Part shown: one piece after another, positions 1-7,249 of the stretch
Layout of the letters: every line of letters starts with the position of its first letter
How positions within the stretch are numbered: the first letter of the stretch is position 1
DNA from: Oligoflexales bacterium
GTDB taxonomy: Bacteria; Bdellovibrionota_B; Oligoflexia; Oligoflexales; Bog-1112
Length of the DNA stretch: 10,228 nt
Assembly (NCBI GenBank): GCA_045105515.1
Contig: JBGCDR010000287.1
Location: forward strand, 1 to 10,228
Direction: 5' to 3'
Notes under the pieces: generated by a model
The model's database searches: none
The model's input: the letters and a program-made list of their open reading frames with translations, nothing else
What the model was told of the DNA's origin: nothing
Made by a program: the position numbers and the translations under genes

Positions 1-117
1 TTGAGCTTTAAGAAGTAAGTAGAAGTAGCTGTAGTCGCAAGAAATATTCTAAAGAAAGGCACTATCCTGATTCAGAAAGAAAGAACGTCACATCATCGTT
101 TGATTGAAGCAGCAAAA
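1..117 (+). pseudogene. C-terminal fragment of a DDE (ISNCY-like) transposase, with an internal stop and no proper terminal stop
   Basis: AVVARNI..GTIL motif. TAA at 16-18 lies where Tyr is expected. AAA at 115-117 lies where the stop is expected after ...EAA. Confidence 0.6.
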
Positions 118-246
118 AAAAAAATAAAAAATAAGCAAATATTAAACAAAAAAAAAAAATTTAATTGCCAAAAATATAGTATTTAACACAAATAACAAGA
201 AAATAAAAAGAGTTTTTAAAATTAATTTAAAAAAAAAAAAAAAAAA
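113..246. other. Extremely A-rich low-complexity tract, probably corrupted IS 3' non-coding sequence
   Basis: Several runs of more than 10 A and very few C or G, unlike the rest of the window. It lies between the transposase-like fragment and the putative terminal repeat. Confidence 0.8.
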
Positions 247-1535
247 CTGAGTTGCAAAGGCAAGAATTTAGTTTCCGACCAGACACTAAATAGAAGCCTA
301 AAAAAATTTCCTTGAAGAGATAAGCCAATTCCAGGGCTGAATCGTTTATCTGGATGGCTTAAGTGAGGGGGTATTTTAGTATGAGTAGAACTTGCTTGGT
401 GAAATCCCATTTTTGAGCGTCTAATCAGGAGTTGATTTTGGAGTTGTACTTGTCTTGGTGGGAGTTGCCCTTGGGCTTCATGTTTTGCAAAGCTGAGGGT
501 ATCGATGAGAGCTTCAGCTAGGAGTGGAGATTTTATTTTGCTGACTTTCTGATGATAGCTTAAAACATCGAAATAGCTTCGATGCTCGGATGATGATAGT
601 CCTTTTAGACGATTTACTATCCTTGCAAAGATTGAGGGCTCATAATCAACATTGCTCACAAGGTGTTTATTTATAAGTGTTTTGACAATTTCAATGGGGT
701 TTACATAGGGTGGTAAGCCACTTAATAGCTCGGTTTCACTACGGACAGCTTGAAGTACAGCAAGCAATTGATAAGCACAGTTTTCATCGAAAAAGTAATA
801 GTCATGGCTTGCTCTGCTTAAAAGTTCCCATATGTGCTCTAAGAGTTTTTCACAATCTCGTCTAGAAAAATTAAGGCGATAGTAAAAGATGTCTCTGCCT
901 TCCATATTGTTATATTTTTCGAAAACATCACCAAACTCTAAGAGCGAGTATCTTCCTTGAAAGCCACCAAAAATCCCATAGAATATATACTTAACGATAT
1001 TGGTCTTAGGTGGAATAGCTGCCGCAAAATTCAAGGCGTAGTCTAAAAAAATTAGTGGGCTTCCTTCTAAATATCGACTGTTATTGTGGAATGCAATAAT
1101 TGAATGACCCATTATAGAAGCTGGATTATCTGCGTATTGGCCAACAAAAACCATAGAAGCACCATCTGTTCCTAACTCCTCTTTGAAAAAGTCAAGTTTT
1201 TGACAATTCCTGGAGTCTGCTTCGATGAGACCTGCATTGAGAAGAATTCGGTACCGGAAGGGGAAGTTGCATTTGCCTGCTTCGGTTTGCATTGGACTTG
1301 AAGCAAAAAAAGATAAGCTTGCTTGTAGCTCTGCAAGTGGATTAAATTTCCCCTCTTTTGCCAGAAAAAAAAGAGGATTATCAACACTACTTTTGAATCC
1401 AGATGACTTTGATTGATAGTGTAAGGCATGTAGCCATTCTTTGCTTTGACTAAATTCTGTGACTTTTTGGTTTTGTCCCTGAGCAGCTGCCTGTTGCCAT
1501 CCGCTAAGCACCAGCAGGCAAAATACAAGCAGCAT
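222..1535 (-). pseudogene. DUF4105 / Lnb N-terminal-like secreted protein, 3'-truncated by the IS (native sequence about 288-1535; last ~21 codons IS-derived)
   Basis: Signal peptide (MLLVFCLLVLSGWQQAAA) and RBS AGGAG. Family-type motifs: EWLHALHY, SSVDNPLFFLA..GK.NP.AEL, CNFPFRY, NPASIMGHS (His), DYALNFAA, GIFGGFQGRY, YNNMEGRDI, DYYFFDENCAYQLL (Cys) and PPHLSH. The frame ends abruptly in a poly-Phe tail encoded by the poly-A tract. Confidence 0.8.
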
Positions 1536-1581
1536 GGTTTTCTCCTGGAATTGTCAGGTTTCTTAAATAAGCTGTACTGTG

Positions 1582-1601
1582 TTAAATTATAGGTAATTTA
1601 A
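1582..1601. promoter_or_regulatory. Palindromic candidate operator in the divergent intergenic region
   Basis: TTAAATTA-TAGG-TAATTTAA, a perfect 8-bp inverted repeat near the middle of the 105-bp gap between the divergent starts at 1535 and 1641. The region is AT-rich, so chance occurrence is possible. Confidence 0.35.
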
Positions 1602-1640
1602 GCAAATCATTATAGAAATAGCAATAAGGAGTAAACAGAA

Positions 1641-2204
1641 ATGATTCAAGGCCTTTTGGTGCTTTTAACCTTTATATTTGCCAGTGATGCTTTTGCTCTT
1701 GATCCTAAAAAGTGTTTCGCAGTTCAGGCTAGCTATGGATTTCTTCGAAAGTATGAATTTCCAGGTTACTCTAGTTCTGAGTATATGACGAAAAAGCATG
1801 GAACTTCTGGAGGTAGCTCTGAGTATTCCAGTCAGCAAAGCACTGGGATGATAGACCCTGGTTTTACGACCACGGGAAATGTGGTATCTGTACTGCAATT
1901 TACCTCTTCTGAAGGAGGCTGTTCATATTTTTCTCGGATCGAACAAAAAAAGCGTGACTACTTAGCACGAAATCGTGAAGGTTTCCTGATGGATGGTAGC
2001 TTCGGTAGAGGTAGGCATCTAAGGACGATTTACCATTTAAGCCACTGCAAGGATGGTGGCCTAAGCCAATTTAATAAAGCCATGCAGCAAAACTATTCTG
2101 AATTGAGTTCCACAGAGGGAAATGAAGCTCTAATCCATAAGATTGACGCAATTATCATGCAGGATCAAAACCTTCAGGCCTTTTGTCAACTCAACCTGGG
2201 TTAA
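1641..2204 (+). CDS. DUF3015-like secreted protein
   Basis: RBS TAAGGAG at 1625-1631 and a signal peptide ending ASDAFA. The pattern FTSSEGGC...YLARNREGFLMDGSFGRGRHL...HC...FNKAMQQNYSEL...C fits my recollection of DUF3015 (TSGTSGC...N...L..D.A.G.GE.L...GC...F...LQ.N). DUF3015 genes are often neighbours of DUF4105 genes. Confidence 0.7.
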   Translation: MIQGLLVLLTFIFASDAFALDPKKCFAVQASYGFLRKYEFPGYSSSEYMTKKHGTSGGSSEYSSQQSTGMIDPGFTTTGNVVSVLQFTSSEGGCSYFSRIEQKKRDYLARNREGFLMDGSFGRGRHLRTIYHLSHCKDGGLSQFNKAMQQNYSELSSTEGNEALIHKIDAIIMQDQNLQAFCQLNLG

Positions 2205-2206
2205 GT

Positions 2207-3262
2207 TTAACCCTTATAGTTGCGTATCTCATCTATAGCCCACTTGATAGCCTCGGGTGAAGTAGTAGGCAAAACTCCATGACCGACATTGAAAATATGT
2301 CCTTGCAGTTGAGCTTTTTTAGCTTCATCCAGCACCTCTCTCACTTTAGCGCGCACCAGTCCTTCATCCCCCCAACTAAGGATGAGTGGGTCAAGATTCC
2401 CCTGGAAGGCTTTCACTGATTTGTGAGGCCCCACAAGCTTTGCGGCTTCACTCATCGAAACTCGCCAATCGATGGCTAAGACTTGGACGGGAAGCTCACT
2501 TAGTTGGCTAAGGTTGGTTGAACCTTGTCCGGAATAGTAAATGATAGGTACCTGATTTTTAGAGGTAGCATTCAACAGTTTTATTAAGGAAGGCAAGACA
2601 TATTTAGTATAGTCACTGGTAGATAGATTTCCTGCCCAACTATCAAAAAGCATGAGTACTTCGGCTCCAGCTTTGACTTGCATGCTTAAATACTCACTTG
2701 TCACTTCAGCTAGAGTATCTAACAAGCTTTCAAAAGTTTTTGGGTCTTGATAAATCAGTTTTTTCACTTCGCTGTAAGTCTTGCTTCCCGAGCCTTCGAT
2801 CATGTAACTTGCTACTGTGAAAGGTGCACCTGCAAAACCAATCATTGTTTGGTGAGGAGCAAGCAGAGCCTTTGTTTCGGTAATAGCTTCACCTACATAG
2901 CCCATTTCCTGTTCTACATCAGGATGCTTAAGAAGGCTAAGGTCTTTGCTTGAACGGATATGGGGAGTGAGTAAAGGTCCATGCCCCTTCCCAAAGGTCA
3001 AGGTTTGCCCCATATGGGCGGGTGGTATCAAGATATCTGAAAAAATAATAGCTGCATCCAGATCAAATCGTTTGAGTGGCTGGATTGTTACTTCAGCAGC
3101 TTTCTTTGGGTTGCGGCATAATTCTAAGAAACTCATTTCCGCCCGAATTTCTCGATACTCGGGGAGGTAACGTCCTGCTTGTCGTAAAAACCATATTGGA
3201 TAAATATCTGATTTAATGCCCTTTGCTATACTTATTAGGGGCTTTTTTTCTGGCTGAGCCAT
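2207..3262 (-). CDS. hemE: Uroporphyrinogen decarboxylase
   Basis: Motifs PIWFLRQAGRYLPEYR, DAAIIFSDIL, IGFAGAPFTVASYMIEG, LFDSWAG, QGNLDP and HIFNVGHGV; 351 aa is the typical length. Confidence 0.98.
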   Translation of the reverse strand: MAQPEKKPLISIAKGIKSDIYPIWFLRQAGRYLPEYREIRAEMSFLELCRNPKKAAEVTIQPLKRFDLDAAIIFSDILIPPAHMGQTLTFGKGHGPLLTPHIRSSKDLSLLKHPDVEQEMGYVGEAITETKALLAPHQTMIGFAGAPFTVASYMIEGSGSKTYSEVKKLIYQDPKTFESLLDTLAEVTSEYLSMQVKAGAEVLMLFDSWAGNLSTSDYTKYVLPSLIKLLNATSKNQVPIIYYSGQGSTNLSQLSELPVQVLAIDWRVSMSEAAKLVGPHKSVKAFQGNLDPLILSWGDEGLVRAKVREVLDEAKKAQLQGHIFNVGHGVLPTTSPEAIKWAIDEIRNYKG

Positions 3263-3417
3263 GTTCTAATCCACCAAAATCTTAGAGAGTTAACCGGCAG
3301 TTTCTGCCATCGACAGCAAACAGAATAGCATGAGAAAATGTGGTAAGAAAGCCGTCTTACATGCTTGTGTACAGCCTTGAGCTTCTAGAGCTGCCATAAT
3401 CAAAAGGAGAGTTTTTT

Positions 3418-4155
3418 GTGAGTCTGAAAGCAATCGGAATCTCTAGGGCAAGCTTGGGTGACCTGGTAGAACGCTATCAGCATCGCATTCTCACTCTGGA
3501 GCTCGATTTAAGGCAAATGGGACGTGAAGAATCCATAAGTAGTTCCCAGTATAAAAAACGGGTATTGCTTATGAAGCAGCTGAGGCTCCATCTTCAGTTG
3601 CTAGAACAGCGTGTTGAGGAAAAAGAACAAGGTATTCAAGGAGGAGATACATTAACAGGGATTCCGACGTGTGCAAGCCGATCTCCTGAGGAAACACTTG
3701 TTTGTCTTCGCTACTTCGCCGAGTGCTTAAATATGGCCAAGACTCTGGTGGGTGATTGTGAGGGCGTTGTAAACCTAATGAGGACTACTCTGCGCGGAAG
3801 GCGTTTTCAATTTATGACCTTGCTTGACTTGTCGCGTCTTAGGCGTAGGCTCCTCCTTCTTAATCAAAAAATACAATCATTTGAAAATGTTAAGCCAGAA
3901 TGGTCTAAATATATTGGTGAAGTATTGAAAATAATCAAGACTCCGAGTTCATACCGCATTGAACTGCCTAGGCTTAAAATTCTTAAGAATTCATATTTTG
4001 AATTAGAAAAAGTAAACCAAGAAATAATTGCCCTCAGTCTGCAGTGTGAAAAAGAGGAAGATGAGCAAGCCTTAAAGGAAAACTGGCTTTCTTTCCAAGA
4101 ATGGAAGGTTTCACAGCTTGGTCCAACAACAGTATCCACTTTTAAAGAGGAGTAG
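3418..4155 (+). CDS. Hypothetical alpha-helical / coiled-coil protein (245 aa)
   Basis: GTG start with AAGGAG RBS just upstream. Long open frame with Leu/Glu/Lys/Arg-rich heptad-like stretches. No signal peptide or motif recognised. Confidence 0.8.
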   Translation: MSLKAIGISRASLGDLVERYQHRILTLELDLRQMGREESISSSQYKKRVLLMKQLRLHLQLLEQRVEEKEQGIQGGDTLTGIPTCASRSPEETLVCLRYFAECLNMAKTLVGDCEGVVNLMRTTLRGRRFQFMTLLDLSRLRRRLLLLNQKIQSFENVKPEWSKYIGEVLKIIKTPSSYRIELPRLKILKNSYFELEKVNQEIIALSLQCEKEEDEQALKENWLSFQEWKVSQLGPTTVSTFKEE

Positions 4156-4161
4156 GCTTTA

Positions 4162-4929
4162 ATGAGCCTTAGAGAATGGGATCGTAAAGCTCAGGTTTTG
4201 GCAGAAGAATTGACAACTCTCATGCAACAGGCAGGAGAAAAATCTTCTGATGATACTGAAAAAAAACTATCTAGTATGCAAAAGAGTCTCCCTCAACTTG
4301 AAAACAAGCTTGCTCAAGCACTTTCATTCATCAATTCCCAATCTCAGCGTAGTGGGTTTCTTACCAGTCAGGAAAAGGCTATTTTGCATTGGGCTGGAGA
4401 ATACGCGAAAAAAGCCCAGGCTTATTTTCGTGACTATAATGAAACTTTTAATGAGCTTTTTTGGGCAAAGTTGGTCCAAATAAGAGGCGAAAGCATTTCA
4501 GCCCATGGGGAAGGATATTTTTTTGAGGCTAAAGGCAGGCGAGCTGCAGCGAAGCATCAAAAAAAGCTCTATGAAACAAGAGGAATGCTTAAAGAAAAGT
4601 TGAAAAAACTTGGTAATAAGAATCAAGAATTAGAACTAAGGTATAATCGCTTAGCTATTAGTAAAGCCAATAGGGAAGCGGTTTGTGCGCAGGGTGTCAA
4701 GGTCGATTACTTTCGCCAACTTAATAGCTTTATGAATCATCCTGCACGGATAGTAAGCCTCCCATTTGAGTATCTCAACCAGGAGGCGATTAAGCTTGCT
4801 AATTTAACAACTAACATACAAAATTCTGATAAAATACATGAATTGGCCTACAAAAATAGCCCAAAACATAATAAAAATCCTATAGAATCCTTCGACTATT
4901 TACAGCTTGACGATCCTTATGAAATCTAA
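4162..4929 (+). CDS. Hypothetical alpha-helical / coiled-coil protein (255 aa)
   Basis: ATG lies 6 bp after the previous stop, with GAGGAG embedded in the last codons of the upstream gene, suggesting an operon. Helical, charged composition. No recognised motif. Confidence 0.8.
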   Translation: MSLREWDRKAQVLAEELTTLMQQAGEKSSDDTEKKLSSMQKSLPQLENKLAQALSFINSQSQRSGFLTSQEKAILHWAGEYAKKAQAYFRDYNETFNELFWAKLVQIRGESISAHGEGYFFEAKGRRAAAKHQKKLYETRGMLKEKLKKLGNKNQELELRYNRLAISKANREAVCAQGVKVDYFRQLNSFMNHPARIVSLPFEYLNQEAIKLANLTTNIQNSDKIHELAYKNSPKHNKNPIESFDYLQLDDPYEI

Positions 4930-4971
4930 GTGGTGAATCCCTCGAAATTATTAAGAAAGTGAGCTGTTTTC

Positions 4972-5011
4972 GCCTGCTTAAGCATGGTAAAACTAGGGAG
5001 GCTAGGCAGGC
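4972..5011. promoter_or_regulatory. Imperfect inverted repeat upstream of the acyl-CoA dehydrogenase gene
   Basis: GCCTGCTTAAGC (4972-4983) can pair with GCTAGGCAGGC (5001-5011) with one G-U pair and one bulge. A perfect palindrome TGCTTAAGCA lies at 4975-4984. Confidence 0.3.
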
Positions 5012-5042
5012 CTTTCCAATAGATCTACCATGAGGAGCTGAT

Positions 5043-6191
5043 ATGCATTCACTAAGCAAACTCTCTGAAGATGAAGAGCTTTTCCGTCAAGAAATCGCAA
5101 AGTTTTCCCAAACAGTTATTAAGCCTCACGTGGAGGAAATGGATGAAGCTGAACAGCTTAATCCTGAAATAATCAAGCAATGCTTTGAAATGGGCCTTAT
5201 GGGAATAGAGATTCCTGACCAATTTGGAGGTGCTAATGGAAGCTTCTTTATGTCTTGCTTGGCAATTGAAGAAATAGCTCGTGTTGATCCGGCAGTAAGT
5301 GTATTTGTCGATGTGCAGAATACTTTGGTAAACAATATTTTTAAGCGTTGGGCTAGTGATACACAAAAAGAAAAGTACTTTCCTAGGCTTGCTACAAGTG
5401 ATGTAGGGGCGTTTTGCCTCACCGAGGCAAACTCAGGTTCAGATGCCTTTGCATTGCAAGCAAAAGCAGAGGATAAGGGGAGCCATTGGGTTTTAAATGG
5501 TAAAAAAATCTTTATTACCAACGCTAATGAGGCAAATCTCTATGTTGTTTTTGCTAATATTGCTCCCGAAAAGGGCTACAAAGGCATCACTGCATTTCTA
5601 GTTGAACGAGACTTTCCTGGATTCGCTATCGGTAAAAAAGAAAAAAAACTCGGTATCAGAGCTTCCTCTACCTGCGAAGTCATTTTAGAACAAGTGGAGG
5701 TGCCGAAAGAGAATGTAATCGGTAAGGAAGGAGAGGGATACAAAGTTGCAATTGAGACTTTGAATGAAGGGCGTATTGGTATCGCATCGCAGATGTTAGG
5801 CCTTGCTCGCGGTGCTTTTGAAGGGGCATTTAAATATGCTGGTGAGCGTAGTCAATTTGGAAAGCCTATAAATAAATTTCAAGGAGTTCAGTTTCAGCTT
5901 GCTGAATTAGCTTGCCAAGTTGAGGTCGTTCGGTTGTTGGTCTATAACGCTGCTCGTATGAAGGACCAAGGCTTATCTTTCACTAAGGAAGCTGCAATAG
6001 CCAAACATTTAAGTTCAGAAATAGCCGAAAAGGTAGCATCGGCCTCTCTGGAAATCTACGGTGGCTATGGTTTCATAAAAGAATTTCCTGCTGAAAAGTT
6101 CTACCGAGATGCAAAAATTGGTAAACTCTATGAAGGAACTTCTAACCTCCAACTTCAAACGATTTATAAACTGCTTGAAAAAGAAAGGTAG
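5043..6191 (+). CDS. Acyl-CoA dehydrogenase, short/branched-chain (SBCAD-like)
   Basis: RBS GAGGAG at 5032-5037. Motifs FCLTEANSGSDA, LNGKKIFITN, EKKLGIRASST, LNEGRIGIA, RSQFGKPI..FQGVQFQLA, GGYGFIKEFPAEKFYRDAKI and YEGTSN (catalytic Glu in the SCAD/SBCAD position). Confidence 0.96.
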   Translation: MHSLSKLSEDEELFRQEIAKFSQTVIKPHVEEMDEAEQLNPEIIKQCFEMGLMGIEIPDQFGGANGSFFMSCLAIEEIARVDPAVSVFVDVQNTLVNNIFKRWASDTQKEKYFPRLATSDVGAFCLTEANSGSDAFALQAKAEDKGSHWVLNGKKIFITNANEANLYVVFANIAPEKGYKGITAFLVERDFPGFAIGKKEKKLGIRASSTCEVILEQVEVPKENVIGKEGEGYKVAIETLNEGRIGIASQMLGLARGAFEGAFKYAGERSQFGKPINKFQGVQFQLAELACQVEVVRLLVYNAARMKDQGLSFTKEAAIAKHLSSEIAEKVASASLEIYGGYGFIKEFPAEKFYRDAKIGKLYEGTSNLQLQTIYKLLEKER

Positions 6192-6194
6192 AGT

Positions 6195-7235
6195 TTGCAA
6201 GGAGAAAGGATCATCACTTATCTGACGGCGTCTAGCTTTTCCTTACTCCTGGCTTTTGAAGCTCATGCAGCTAAGAATTACTCTGCACGTAAGAATTTAG
6301 CTTCTTCATTGAAGGCTGCGCTTTGTGAAAAAGATCAAGGTGTGGATTTGCATCAACTGGCTTGGAAGCATGACATTTACGATGCGGCTATCGAAATCAG
6401 AATGATAAAGCGTCGTGATAAAGGTGAACTGAGTACTGGCAAGTTGAGGTCATTTGCAATTTGGCAAATGAAACAAAATTACCACCATGGATTTAGCTTC
6501 GATAGATGTAATAAAGAACAAGCTTTCGTAGTTTCGGTGCCTTCACAAAAGGCTATCGAATTTGCGAAAGATGGTAAGAACTTATCTCTGCCTATAATGA
6601 ACCGCAGCTGCAAGCAGGTTCATGCAAAGCATGTAGCCACTGCAGGTGGAGAGTCACAGACGCGTAAGATTTTGAAGAATGGCCTCATTGGGATTGCAGG
6701 TCTTGAGCCTGGTATGCTGAGTATCAGTTGTCAGCCCAAGCACCCCAAATGGCTTGGGCCAATTCTATGGTTTTTGGTGCCAATTGACCTAAAAAAATTT
6801 CCTGAGGTTCCCTTTGCCGAGCTCTTTAACCCAGCTCAAGATGCAGAACAGCAGCTACAGATTTGGGTCAATCATGTCCGTAGGAATGCAGGCTTAGTTC
6901 CTTTAAATTTTAGTAAAAAATCACTTAAGGATGCTGCTAGTGAGCTGGGCTTAAGCAAAATGCTTTTTCATGACCGAGGCGTTATGGAACAGGTTAAGGC
7001 TAGCCTTGCTGGTAAGGACTTTACCCCTTTAGGAGAAGATCGAGCTAGGGCCACATCGCTTCCAAGAATCGCTTGGCTTCTATGGCATTCGCCTTCCCAT
7101 CGTGACCTTTTGCTAAACAAAGATGCTGACCTAGCTAGCATTTCCTTAAGCAAAGAAGCCGGGACTTATTTTGCAGTTGTTATAACTGCTCGAAGTGAAA
7201 AAGTGAAGGTATCAAGCAAATTCAAAAGAAAATAG
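6195..7235 (+). CDS. Secreted protein with a C-terminal CAP (SCP-like) domain
   Basis: TTG start 3 bp after the ACAD stop; signal peptide ending LLLAFEAHA. The C-terminal region WVNHVRRNAGLVPL...L..AA...FHD...GED...LWHSPSHRDLLLN matches the bacterial CAP pattern. The N-terminal ~200 aa are not recognised. Confidence 0.8.
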   Translation: MQGERIITYLTASSFSLLLAFEAHAAKNYSARKNLASSLKAALCEKDQGVDLHQLAWKHDIYDAAIEIRMIKRRDKGELSTGKLRSFAIWQMKQNYHHGFSFDRCNKEQAFVVSVPSQKAIEFAKDGKNLSLPIMNRSCKQVHAKHVATAGGESQTRKILKNGLIGIAGLEPGMLSISCQPKHPKWLGPILWFLVPIDLKKFPEVPFAELFNPAQDAEQQLQIWVNHVRRNAGLVPLNFSKKSLKDAASELGLSKMLFHDRGVMEQVKASLAGKDFTPLGEDRARATSLPRIAWLLWHSPSHRDLLLNKDADLASISLSKEAGTYFAVVITARSEKVKVSSKFKRK

Positions 7236-7249
7236 TTTGGGCAATTCAC

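Larger units (their letters stand above)
1..288 (+). mobile_element. Right end of a probable ISNCY-type insertion sequence (partial, sequence degraded)
   Basis: Frame +1 at 1-114 reads LSFKK*VEVAVVARNILKKGTILIQKERTSHHRLIEAA. This resembles the C-terminal motif I recall from ISNCY-family transposases (FKRYVALAVVARNIxxLGxIL...AA*). At 272-288, TTTCCGACCAGACAC-TA resembles the terminus of such elements, with a flanking TA at 287-288. The neighbouring DUF4105 protein loses family-like sequence at this point. Confidence 0.65.

Noticed and set aside
113..246. Poly-A tract as a retroelement tail or DGR variable region
   Set aside because: No reverse transcriptase or template/variable repeat pair is present. 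DGRs mutate away from A, not toward it. The tract lies inside a DNA-transposon-like end.
3296..3400. Small inverted repeats (GGCAG-TTT-CTGCC, GTAAGA-N6-TCTTAC) and an extended -10-like TGCCATAAT in the hemE divergent region
   Set aside because: Arms of 5-6 bp are expected by chance, and the -10-like element is too close to the RBS to call confidently.
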